Source: Dipteris shenzhenensis (lineage: Eukaryota). From it: a DNA stretch of 64,000 nt. Location: assembly GCA_047967505.1 (NCBI GenBank), contig CM106538.1; one strand, given 5' to 3'. The number at the start of each line of letters is the position of its first letter. Position 1 is the first letter of the stretch. Shown here one piece after another: positions 34,425-46,570 of the stretch. The position numbers were made by a program, and so were the translations under genes. The notes under the pieces are model-generated. The model made no database searches and had not been told where the DNA came from. It worked only from the letters and a program-made list of their open reading frames with translations.

Positions 34425-36294
34425 AGTACTTAATTCTGAGGTCAGCAGATTGGTGGTGTCGAGGACTTAGAGCAGCGGGACAGGCTGGTTTCAGGGAGGA
34501 TCATGGGGCCATGGACCACATTCTCGCACTCAGATGTATCATCGAGGAGGGCATGGAAGCAGAGGGTTTACTGTTGCTTTGTGGACTTCCGCAAGGCATT
34601 TGACACAGTTTCAAGAGCACGCCTCATATGATGCCTGCAGGATCTAGGTTACAACTAGGAGATCATTTGGGCTGCCATGGCACTTTATGAGCGAGTTTCA
34701 GGCAAAGTCCGGATAGGATCTGGATGGACAGATGAGATCATGAGCACTATCGGGGTCAAAGAAGGGTGTTAATTATTACCTACCTTGTTTGGCCTCTATA
34801 TTGACGAGCTCGAGACAGTGATGCAAGCATAGAGTGGGGTAGGCTTCTCTCTCGCGGGCACGCTGATCCGGATATTACTTTACGCAAATGACGTGGCTCT
34901 CTTGTCCTCCTCAGCAGAGGGGCTCCATAGACACCTTGATGCACTTCAATCCTTTTGTGAGTCTCATGATTTGAAGGTCAACTTGGGTAAAACCAAGGTT
35001 ATGATCTTCAATACATCTCGAGTCCTCATGCGCGATGAGTATTTCGCATTTGATGGGTCCCCTGTTGAGGTAGTTTCATCATACAATTATCCGGGGGTTG
35101 TCTTTTCCGGACCCATCTTCACCATCAGACCCGCAATGTAGGCGCACTTGAGCAAAGGATATGCTTCATTGGCTAGACTAGAGAGACAGTGCTTCCGCTC
35201 TCACTTTCACAATCCACGAACCAAAGGGTTGCTTTTTGACTCCTTAGTCCACCCAGTAGGGATGTATGGCAGTCCATGCTGGGGGCCAGACTTGTCGGAT
35301 ACAGAGTGGGCCAGGGGGGGCGGCTACAAGTTCTCATGTTATCACGGATGATCCATGGTAAGCCATCACCAGATCATTCGGGCGGAGTTTGGGTCACCCC
35401 CATTATAGCTAGATGCTGCATTTCAGGTCATTACATATCTGTACTGAGTCAGGGAGTATGGGGATAACACATCCGAGCGTAGTAGGATACCATGGCTAGC
35501 ACCGTCCTTTTCTATGGCATGCAGGAGGTTGAGATAGAGGAGCATTTCATCTTCAGGTGCCCTGTTTACTATGAGATTTGAGGGCGTTTCTACTGCCTCT
35601 TCAAAGATAGTTATGGGATGTTGGCCCGTTTCCTCCCCTACCCAGACCAGCGATGTTTGGCTGGTTTCATTCAGGACGTGCTCAGACACCATGATAGGAT
35701 ACTCCAAGCACGGAGATAGGAGTAGACTTCTCCCTCAACTAATAGCTCTCAGAGCTCTATCACAAAGTTCTTTCAGCCAGATCACATAGACCCCCATGAG
35801 GCGAGACCTCGACATGACTGTGACCTGGAGCCTGTGACCCGACAGCTCAAACAGAGGGTTGACTCACATATCATACTTGGGGACATCCCCTCCGCCCGAC
35901 CGACGGGGATCTCAGTGGCCTTGGTTAGACGCAGAGCTATGACCAAGAGACGTACCAGGACTGCACCCTTGAGGGGGCGACAACGTTCTATTGCTGACCT
36001 CATGCCTCCACTTCCACAACCCCATTCATCCTGATGTCCTCCTGCTGGCGATGATGATGATGATGGTTATGATGATGCCGATGATGATGTTGAGATTGAT
36101 ATATATAGTTAAGATATGACTATGTTGTACTTAGGACTTAGTACTGCCATTTGAATTTTTTTACATTTTGCATTGGTGTGGATACTCGTTTAGTAGCTCC
36201 ACTACCACAACTCATTGTATCAGGTTTTTCACAGTCTCATAGACCCATCCGTCTTCTGAAGACTTTAATAAACTTCATTTCTTTCTTTCTTTCT
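34425..36294 (+). mobile_element. 5'-truncated RTE-X/RTE-like LINE
   Basis: QAGFR, CCFVDFRKAFDTV, LLYANDVALL, LKVNLGKTKVMIFN and EEHFIFRCPVY motifs; AATAAA plus a (TTTC)n tail; inserted into the family A copy. Confidence 0.8.
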
Positions 36295-36489
36295 CCTCTT
36301 GGCCCCAAACATAGTAGGGAGAGCGTTTCACAGCTTGTTGACTCAGATGGAGTTTTACAGACACATCCAGATACCGTCTTGTAGGTAGCCACAGATTTCT
36401 ATGCCTCCCTTCTTACAGCAGATCTTGACACTTAGGCCAGAGATGATGCTCGTGGTCCCAATCATGTCCCCAAAAGCGATAAAAAGGGA

Positions 36490-38620
36490 GGATATTGAAT
36501 GCCTTCTATGCAGAGGAGGATCTCACAGAGGCAGTTTTGTAAATTTGGGTCTCTGATATGTAGAGGGGAGTACCTTCTTCCTCTTTTATGGCAGCAGCCC
36601 TGTCGGTATTAGTGATTTCTATCACTCAATTGCTAGTACCAGGAGACGTGAGATTCTCAGACAGGAAGTTGGTCTTTGCTAGTAGTTGGCAACCCTTTAG
36701 AGGGAGAAGCGGAAAGGTTCTATTGATGCTTGGATTCAAGTGCAGCTTGGTGCACCAAGGGCTCATCAACAAATACTGTTAGAGCAGCAAGCAGAGTATA
36801 CCTTTCATGCACAAGAGTCGTTTTTTATCTTGATGGGAGGTAGAGTCAATAAACACTTCTTCTCTACTCTAGGCATCAACAAATACTGTTAGAGCAGCAA
36901 GCAGAGTATACCTTTCATGCACAAGAGTCGTTTTTTATCTTGATGGGAGGTAGAGTCAATAAACACTTCTTCTCTACTCTAGGCCTGAGACATAGCATCT
37001 CCCAGTTGTTTTGACTCAGACAGGGTATTGTAGTCAGATCCTAATGCTATTTTGCATATTGCTACTGATTTTTCTGCCTCCTACTCTCAGTAGATCCTGA
37101 CACAGTGGCCAGAGTTGATGCTAGTCATGATATATGGCAATGTAGTCCCCTGTTGGTAAAACCCAATATGAATGTCTCACTTGATGCACCATTCACCAAT
37201 ACGGATTTTAGGATGTTCTTTTCGCCCTTCATAAGGGCAAGTGCCCGGGTTCAAATGGGCTTTCATGTCGCTTTTTATTGCTTTCTGTGATATGATTGGG
37301 GACCACATTACCTCAGTCCTGCAAGGCATTTGGAACTCTAGAGTTATGCCTGATTCATGTACAAAGGGTCTCATTCATCTTATTCAAAAGGGAGGTTGTA
37401 GAAATTCGGTGTCACAATGGAGGCCAATTACTCTTTTGGGCACTTGTTACGAATTTTGGGCTAAAGCAATACTTTGCTTTTGCAGCCCTTTCTTCCAGAT
37501 CTTATTCATGAAACGTAGACATGCTTTGTGCATGGCAGAAGCATTTTGGATAATATCTTCTTTTGGGAAGCCTTGGATTGGACAATACAGAGCAGCAAGA
37601 GGCTGGCCATTCTACTCTTAGACTTTGAGAAAGCATCTGACAGGCTAGATTGGAATTTCTTAGGAAGTACCTTCTTCGTTTAGGATTTTTAGATGCATGG
37701 ATTAGAGGGGTTTCCTCCTCGTATAGATCAAGCTGCTATCAAGAAGTAAGGGGAGAGAGATTTCAGATTTCCAAATCACTCTGTCAGGGATGCCCTCCAA
37801 CTACATGCATGCACTAATATTCACGCCATTGTGACAGTCTCCGCCGACAATTGATAGAGCTACAAAGACCTACAGATGCTTGGATTTAGGAGTGCCTTGC
37901 TGCAGCAAGGGATCATATGCAAACTTTGATAGATCAAAGAGCAAACTATGCCTTTCATGCACGAGAACCCTTCTGGATCTAGATGGGAGGAAGGTTCAAT
38001 AAAACTTTTTCTCTAATTTTTTCCTGAGACATGGTAGAGAGAGTGTATCCCAGCTTGTTGGGTCTAACGGGGTTTGCAGACAGATCATGATGTAGTCATA
38101 CGGATTGCTATAGATTTTTATGCCTCCCTTCTTTTTGCAAATTGTGACTCACACATGCCAAGGACGATGCCAAACATTTGGTTTGGCAAAGTATTCCAAT
38201 ACTGCTGAAACCCTTGATGACAATTTACTTGATGCCCCTTTCACCAATACAGAATTCAGGACTGCACTTCATGCCCTTCACAAGGGTAAGTGCCTAGGCC
38301 CAAATAGGCTGACACCTGATATTGGCAGTGCCCTCTCACATGAGGCTCGAAAACTATCAAAAACACTGAAAAATGATATGAGGTGGAAAGCCCCGGGAAA
38401 ATGCATATCCAGCCACCTATATCAATGCCCAATCGTCAACATAAAATGTCTCAATGCGTGCATGAATGGACATCTGCACTCTCTTGTTCGACTAGGAATA
38501 CAAAAGTGACTATGGCTAGGTGTAAAGGCATCATCAAACATAGCATCTATCCCACCAAACTGAAATAGGAAGGCATCTTAAGCTGCTCTCTCAAGAGAGT
38601 GAATGCCACCTTCTCTACCG
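36490..38620. mobile_element. Cluster of degenerate family A endonuclease-RT fragments
   Basis: Plus-strand pieces at about 36500-37800 and 37850-38320, and a minus-strand piece at 38325-38620, all homologous to 10600-12150. Confidence 0.8.
36764..36983 (+). repeat. Exact 110-bp tandem duplication
   Basis: 36764-36873 is identical to 36874-36983. Confidence 0.95.
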
Positions 38621-38629
38621 CCCCAGCCT

Positions 38630-38930
38630 TGCAAGCCTCTGGGTCCACTATGACCTCTCTCTAGAGCTCTAGTATGTATTGTATTGGGCCAAACTTGGTA
38701 GCATAAGACTTGATGTGACATGATGGTGTTGATGATACGGATGATGTTGCTGCTGTAACTATGTCATACTAATGCTTTCTAGGACTATGTAGCATTTAGT
38801 ATCTAGCATGGGTGATGATGCCTGTTTTAGTAGCTCCACCCTTTCAGCTTGTTGTATCAGGTTTCTTGTAGTCTCATAGACCCATTAGTATTCCCAAGAC
38901 CTTAATAAACTTTCTTTCTTTCTATCTATT
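38630..38930 (+). mobile_element. 3' end of an RTE-X-like LINE
   Basis: Homologous to about 36050-36294, with AATAAA and a (CTTT)n tail. Confidence 0.7.
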
Positions 38931-38934
38931 CCCC

Positions 38935-41900
38935 TTCTTATCCAAAGGCAACTCCACCATGTTGAAGTCACCTCCAATGACCCAAGAATCTGCAATGGCG
39001 CCCCAAGAAAAAAGTTCCTTTCACAAAAGGACATGATCCCCCATTCAAAAGAACAATCCATTGTTCTCTAAAGGGTATCATGATACCACGTCTAACCACT
39101 AGGGCAAGAACAGAATCTAAAACTGAGATACAAGTACCTTCCCTAGTGCCCAAGTTAGGTGGCAAAAAAGCAGTTTACCTCACTTTGAGCAATCTCTAGC
39201 ATCCAATTTGTGTTCCCGAATAAAAAGAAGGTCAACAGATCTCCCAGTAATACCTCGATGGAGCTGATTACCACGGCGGCAATGAGGCACAACACCTTGT
39301 ATGTTTCAACTAATCATCGGCAGGAGGAAGGAGGGTGGAACACCTCTTCCATAAGATCAAGAGAGATGAGGGAAGTCCACAAGGAATAACCTATCGAAAG
39401 GAATACCAATAACTAGCTCATCAAAGATAGAGGGCACAAACTCGTCATCACCAAAGTCCTCCAAGGTAGAAAAAGAGTTCCTATGAAACAACCTTGGTGC
39501 TGGGATGCAAAGGATCCAAGCACTCGAAAAGGGCGAAGAGGCGAGTGCCACCCCTTCCCTCGATCAATGAAGAGGGAACAAAGAGTTGACGAGAGAGGGG
39601 GCTACTCAGACGAAGCATCAAGAGAAGAAGAAGATATGCAAGAATACCAACTGTTGGAATATGAAGCCAAAGTAAGTCTAAAATGAGTGTTCTATGTGGT
39701 CTAGGTGTGGTTTTATAGTCTAGTGAGTCCTAGAAATGCCACGTGTCATATTGGGAGATATCCCATACACATTGTGACTTTCTAGAGTCTACTGGCACAC
39801 TATATAGTGTTGTACTTGTCTATTGTCTAAAATATCAATCAACATCAAGCTCTTTGGTATCATTTGAGTACTTGTCCATTGCTTTCATTTTCTTTCCATT
39901 TCATTTCCATTATGCTTGTTATCTTTCATTTCCATTCCTAGTGTTAGCTTGCTTCTCTTCCTACCACTATCCTCCCTTCCTACCTTCCCCTTCTTCTTGC
40001 TCTATCTAGAGAATGAGAAAAGCCCGCAAATGGAAGCTCCCCTCTCCTCTAAGATAGAGCCTCCCTTTCCTTAGCCTTGCCATGGTTCCTCGCCATCAAG
40101 TACTCCGCCGTCCTCGTTTGTGAGTTCAGCTCACTCCCGCATCAGTTCGTGATTCTCCCTCAGCATTGGCGGACATTCCTCGTTAGTTGGTCGCCAAAAA
40201 CTTGTTTTGGAGCAGTCTAGCAGCTGTTTTTTGACCTTTTGAGGTCAATTTCTACATTTTTTGAAATTTTGGGAGTTTCCAAACATAAATGACTCTGTCC
40301 CGCATCTTTTCAGGCAAAAAAGAAAATTGTTTTTGTTCGTACGTTCATACGTCCATACGTGCGTACAGAACTCTAGAAATGGATGCGCGGCAGTACCAAG
40401 AGTCCGTACAACTTGTCAGAAGGCGATTCCGAACAGTTTTAGGCTATTTTTTGGCTTTTTTCGCTCAGATTTGGGCTCTTGTGACCTCCAACATTGATTT
40501 GAGCTCCCTTGAGCACTTTTGCTCATTTTTTTAAGCCTCTTTTGTGCATTCGGTGACTCTCCGATTGGCACATTGAGAGTCATGACGTTATCTCCCTTGG
40601 TAGCTGCTCCTATGGCCTTCATCGACACATCATTCGAGGGCATTCTCGCCTGGTTCTTCACCGACATATCTCTTTGCATCAGGATGTGCACAGTCTTGTG
40701 CGGTAGCTACTTCGAGGCACATGGGTTCTTTGCCCTTGCTATGCATTAAATGAATGAAATATATCTTTACTACTTTCTTGTTTGAGTCAAGGGTACTCTG
40801 CCCTAGGTTGTCCCCCAAAATGAAAGCAAATAAATCATGTGTGTTGAGTCAAAGGTTCTTTGCCTTGGATAGTCCTCCTAAAAAGATGTGTTTTCCTATT
40901 TTGTTTTGGTGTGTGGCTCCATGTCTCTCATTAGCCCTTGGAGCCAAGAGGGGATGTACTATGGGAGCCCTGTATTGGCTTTGATAGGTTTAGAGGGGGA
41001 TGTATTGTGGGAGCCATGTATTGGCTTTGATAGGTCTCGTTATCAAACCTGGTTTAGTTCCAAGATGTTGGTGTATTCCTAGACCTATGAGTTGGTCAAG
41101 TAGCCATGCTATAACGTGAGCCTCTGAGCATGTTGAGTCTCAAGCCATGAGAGTGCTTGGATCAACCTCTGAACATACTCAGACTTTAGCCTCTGAGTTA
41201 CATTGGGTGCACAGTTTGATGACTGTCATTGCCATGTTCTGTTCTTGGTTCCATTCCAATAGTCTCTCACCTTGCCTTCATGGGGGGGTGTTGGAATATG
41301 AAGCCAAAGTGAGTCTAAAATGAGTGTTCTAGGTGGTGTAGGTGTGGTTTTGTTATAGTCTAGTGAATCCTGACATGCCACGTGTCATATTGGGAGATAT
41401 TCCATAGACATTGTGACTTTCTAGAGTCTACTGGCATACTATATAGTGTTGTACTTGTCTATTGTCTAAAATATCAGTCAACATCAAGCTCTTTGGTATC
41501 ATGTGAGTACTTGTCCATTGCTTTCATTTTCTTTCCATTTCATTTTCATTATGCTTGTTATCTTTCATTTCCATTCCTAGTGTTAGCTTGCTTCTCTCCC
41601 TACCACTATGATCTTTCACCAACACCGGCCCTAATCCAAAACTCGATCTAGGAAAACTCTAACCGCAACCTGAGGAGAAGCAGGAGAATCACTAGTTATG
41701 ACCAGGACTGGAAGCCCCAATAGGGACAAGGTCCGAGGCAAGAGTAGTGGTTGCAACTCGAGAAGAGCCACGAATATTACAAAACCGAAATGTCAGGAGG
41801 AGAGGGCCCCTCCTGATCTGTAGATGGTGGTGGAGGAGCCCCTCTCACTCTAGCCAAGATCCAACGAGGCGCAGAAGGAGCAACACGTGCAACTACTGCC

Positions 41901-43270
41901 GATCGAGAAGGGGATACGTTGAGAAGGCAGTGCTGAGGATCTGGACGCGAGAAGGGGCCGCACCGAAAAAATTCTTATGTCTTTTCTTCTTCTTTGGGCA
42001 ATATCTAGCAAAATGCCCAAAGGTCCTACACACCTGACACTCGTCCTACCTGCCCTGGATCTCGACTCTCTGCCAAAAGAGAGAGCCATCGGAGCACTAG
42101 AGCATGATGTGGTCAACAAAAATGTTAGGGTCAGAGACAATGATCCTAACTCTAGGTACCTCATTTGATTTGATTGCCTCTGTCGCTAAAGAGGGCAGAC
42201 CACGGAGGGGGGATCTCGGTAACCACTACAAAAGAAGCTCCTATTGTGGCAAGGAGCCGATGGTATACCTGGGACAGCCTAAGAAAACTGCTAGTTCGAA
42301 TGTAAGTGAGAAGGGATTAAGGAAAATTTTCCTAGAACCGAGTGCGAAGGGGCTGGCTTTGAGCCCAGTGCTCTCAGCTCCACGAATGTCAAAAACCACT
42401 TGAAAGAAACCTCCTCCCAAAAGTCGAACATCAGTAAGTTGCAGGGCGAGGCCCCAGGGTAATGCCAAAAGCATGCAGGCTCTGGCCTATGATCTAGAGG
42501 ATGAGACCCATGGATGTGTGCGAAACGTGTGGTGGAGCTCTCATGCACCACATCCTTTTGTAACTGCAATAGCTTGTCTTTTGAAAAGATAAACATTGTC
42601 GTGGCACCGGTGGAAGTGGACGAGGATTGACGGAATGTTGTAGCAACACTTTGCCTACTAGATAACTAGAAATTGAAGCTTGAGGCAAGTTTCTGCTGAA
42701 GGTGGTGTTCCAGACAGAGGACCTTCCCTGGCCTTGAAATATGAGCTTTTACCTAAGAATTTGAAGCAAGAGTGCCCGAAATGTAGGGCATCTGCCTCTG
42801 GAAGCAGTTGGAGCAGATTCTTGAAGAATGCAAAGGAAATGCTGCTTGCTGGGGCTGTTTTGAAGACAGATTACAGGTGAGAACTAAATATGTAGCAAAC
42901 ATCTTCCCCTAGCTTGAAAAACGAGCAGTAATAGGCAGATGCAATCTGATCTTGAGCTGAAATGCAAGTTTCCAAGCCCAGGAATGAATCTATTTACTGC
43001 GCATGTGTTGAGGTCGGTACCATGATTCTGACGTTCTTGAAGGTGTTGCCTAGCCTTAAACCCAAACAATGACCAAGCAGCAGGAGTCACGAACAGATGC
43101 AGCTAGGGGAGATTTCAATCAGTAGAAATGGTGTCACTTTCAAGCAGCTATGATCACGGGTGAAGGAGGGAGGTAGGCGAGAAGACTAAATGGCCGAGGG
43201 GCAGGTAGGGGAAGGGGCTAGGGGGCGAGAAGGACTAAGGGATGAACGACGGGGAGCTTGGCTGCTGTTG
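38935..43270 (-). mobile_element. LINE family A 5' half (ORF1 and endonuclease start), interrupted by an LTR element
   Basis: SKDKLLQLQKD, DVRLLGGGFFQV and GTCISV...IPFREQW motifs; homologous to the plus-strand ORF1 at 44100-44800. The 5' boundary is approximate. Confidence 0.75.
39652..41618 (+). mobile_element. Non-autonomous LTR element (TRIM/LARD-like), 1967 bp
   Basis: LTRs at 39652 to about 39970 (3' tip and PBS missing) and 41289-41618 (TG..CA); TSD CCAAC; G-run PPT before 41289; no recognisable coding region. Confidence 0.9.
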
Positions 43271-43535
43271 TTCCTCATTAATGGATTTCTCAAGTCTATG
43301 TTCTGTTCATTTTAAATATCCGTTGATGTATCCTCTTTTTCCTAAGGGATTGGGATAAGGTAGCTATTGGGACAAGCTCTAGCTACCTCTTGTTCCCATT
43401 GCTTGGTTTTGTCTTGGAGTGCAATGCATTTTTAGAAAAAAAACTGACATTGCAAATTTTTGGCATCTGTTTTTAGAGGACAACGGATAGCTCTATGGAA
43501 ATTTTCTAAGAGGTCTTCTGAAAAAGACGATTATT

Positions 43536-45955
43536 ATGCTCCTCCTGCTGCCCTTCCTCCTTCCTGCTCCCCTCCTTGCTGCCCCCTTCCTCCCATCCTC
43601 GCTGCCTCCTCCCTCCCCTCCCCCCTACATGCTGCTCCGCCCGCCTCCCCTCCCTCTCTCCCCTTCCCTACCTCCCGCGCTGCTGCAGCGCCCCCCCCCC
43701 GCGCTACTGCCAGCCCCTCCCCCGCGCGCTGCCTGCCTGCGCCCCCCCCGCTGCTGCCAGCCCCTCCCCCACGCGCTGCCTGCCTGCGTGCCCCCCCCCC
43801 CAACACTATTTCTTTGCTCCCCCCCCCTCTCCTCCACTCCTCTTCTCCTCTACCCTCCCCTCCTCTCCCTTCCTCCTCTCCTCCTCCTGCCCCTTCCCTT
43901 CCCCTCTCCCTCTTGCTGCCCTCCCTTTCTCCCTGCTGACTCCTCCTCCTCTCCTTGCTCAATCCTCTCTCTCCCTCCTTCCTTTCACCCTCTCCCTTCA
44001 TCAGGTGTACCCCTATTTTCTTTTGCGGGCATCTTGGGCTTCAGAAAAGCGGACGGAGCTTCTTTTTGTGTTTGAATCGGCCTTTCCCACCTCGATTGAC
44101 GAATGGGTACCAATTCAGTCAATATGTTACTGCACACATTGGCCGCGAGAACCGTCACTTTCTCAAAAGACGAGCTGCAGCAATTGCAAAAGGATTTGGA
44201 GCATGAGTGTTCCACGACTCTCTTCGCATGCATCTATGGCTCCCACCCCTCCAGGTCATAGGCTAGAGATTGGATGCTTGCGGCGCTTCCTCAGGACCTC
44301 ACTCCCTACCTTAAGGATGTACGTTTGTTGGGACGAGGTTTCTTTCAGGTGTGCCCAGATTCCCCGGATGTCACGAGAGACTTGCTATAGACTGGGTTTC
44401 TCTTTTTGGACTACACGAGGATTTTTTTGTTTCCCTTTCAACTAGGCTTTCACCCATTTGAAGAGGACAAGCACGGAGTTTCCGTCTTCATCAGGTTCCC
44501 AGGTCTACCTTCAGTTTATCATCGGTTTCTTTCAGTTATTGCCGAGAGATTTGGTGTGATAGTAGAGATCCCCCCTCTTCTTGGCGAGCCTTCGTTGGCT
44601 GCTAAGGCGGTCAGGATGGATGGGGTACCCAGGGTTAGGGTCTTTGTCGAGGACCCTAACATTTCAGATGACCACATCATGCTACAGTGACCCGATGGGT
44701 CATTCTTTCGCCAGAGATTTGAGGTTGCAGGTCGTCAGGACCAGTGCAGGATTTGTAGATCCTCCAGGCACTTCACCAGCGATTTTCCAAAGATGAAGAA
44801 GAGGCCAAAAAAGCAACCAGCTCATACTAGGTTATGACAAAGATCAGGAGCAGGACCTATCGCTCCACAGGCACTGCCTCAGACATGGGCCCCCCCTCTT
44901 GCTAGGGCTGCTCGAGTCCTTCCTGCACACCGCACTACTTTTGGCCCCCGGTGGGTTCTGGTCGCGGTTAGGCCCTCTACTTCAGATCATACTTTCGCCG
45001 CTCCGGAGACTACCCCTCAGGAGCCTCGGGAGGCTACCACCATGGAGCCTATTGTTCAGGACGCTCCACCACAGGATCAAGCTGTGCCCCCTTCAGCAGC
45101 CCAGGTTGTTGGCACCTCGTCCGCAGCACTTCTTAATCAGGACACAGCACAGGTGCCTCCTTCTGTTGACAGAGGGAGAGGGGTCTTACATTCTTTCCCT
45201 GCTTCGGTAGGAATACTGAGAAAGGGGGATTCCCTTCTTTCATTTCAAGGTTGGTAATGCCAGGAGAATTCAGTTGAGCAGTAGGGGTTGGATTCCCTCC
45301 AGAGTCCCCCATTGGGACAGCTTTTTCATCACGGGATTGCAATCAGGTGAGGATTGTTTGGAAAGGGGTTGCTCGAATACTCAGCATTTTTCATACCTCC
45401 CCCTTCTTCATAAACTTGGGGCTCGGTTGCATGGTTATCCCATACTGGGCCCCGTATGTTTTATGAGGGTGAGCCTTCTTCTTGGGCACTCTCGATCTGC
45501 AGGTAGGTGATAGAGACCTGGTCTCTTCAGGATGTACCATTTATGCCCTTCACAGCTTCTCATGCTTCAGTGGACACTTCCAAGGAGATTTTGGCTAGCA
45601 TTTCCTCTTGGCACATCTGGAGAGCCAGATGTACAGAGGCCTTGGATGGCACCCAGATACACCCTTCACAAGTGTTCATAGGTATTTGGACTAACACGGT
45701 TCATACTTTGATAGCCATTTGGGCTAGCATGCAGGGCCCTTCATGGGCAGCCTCTTCTAGGAGGACTGTATTCCTACGAGTTTGGAGGGGTTCTCCCTTT
45801 TTCTCGGAGGGTTCTACAGGATTGAGGTGGCACTTTCAACCCCAATCCTTTCTTTTGGCTTTTGAGCTTCTTATGCATTGCATGGTGTATCCCGTATGGA
45901 GCGTGCTCTAATGGTTTTCTTTAATACTTAATAGAAGTCTCTTTTTGCAACAAAA
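43536..45955 (+). mobile_element. Internally deleted LINE family A (5' UTR, ORF1, 3' end)
   Basis: TSD aaaaagac(g/a)attatt at 43521-43535 and 45956-45970; C-rich leader; ORF1 VSVFIRFPGLP; a jump at about 45250 to the ORF2 C-terminus (WHIWRARC); poly(A). Confidence 0.88.
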
Positions 45956-46116
45956 AAAAAGACAATTATTTATAATCGATTAGACAATTTTCTTCAAAAA
46001 AAACTAAACATATATGTTCTTGGAGCATTACGAACATTTGACAAACAAACACTCTCAGAGCATTGGCAGCATGTTTCTTCTCAAAGTTCTCGGGTTGATG
46101 CTGGTTCAGAAGTTAC

Positions 46117-46262
46117 CTTTCAAAATTGAATTTTGCTTCCTTGAACATGTTCTAGGAAATCCAATAAATAGATATGATGATGAGCTGTCTAAAAACAAAT
46201 AGCCCCATTGCTTCACTATTAATATTATAAGGCGAGTTGCAGCTTCTACATAAGTCAAGTGC
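46117..46262 (-). CDS. Formin exon: end of the RhoGAP-like domain
   Basis: tattacag|G CAC...AAA G|gtaact, 146 nt, phase 2/1; RHLTYVEAATRLIILIVKQWGYLF. Its phase matches the acceptor at 32044. Confidence 0.8.
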
Positions 46263-46362
46263 CTGTAATAAATTGTGAAACAGGATTGGAACTTCAATAT
46301 TGATAAGAACAATTCATAGGTTTTCAGATCATTCAACAATGCTCAACCAGGTGAAACTTTAC

Positions 46363-46570
46363 CTGTGGACCACAAAAAGAGAATATTTCGGTTTCACCAA
46401 CAAAGGTCCAAACAAAGAACCCAATTTCAAAACCTGTGCAAGATTGTTGCCAAAATCGGATTGTTTAGACAACAATAAAGCCATGTCCCTAAGAACTCTA
46501 TAATTGCTCTTTGGTAAACTGTGGATCAGCAGCCGCATAACATATAGCTGTGAGTCTTGATTCCTATTTT
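46363..46570 (-). CDS. Formin exon: RhoGAP-like domain, not in the ORF track
   Basis: ttcgtgcag|AA AAT...CAC AG|gtaaag, 208 nt, phase 1/2. QLYVMRLLIHSLPKSNYRVLRDMALLL...KLGSLFGPLLVKP resembles the RhoGAP LP..N...L and FGP.L..P motifs. Confidence 0.82.

Noticed and set aside
43460-44445. Pro-rich ORFs as additional formin FH1 exons
   Set aside because: Wrong strand for the gene, and inside a TSD-flanked LINE leader.
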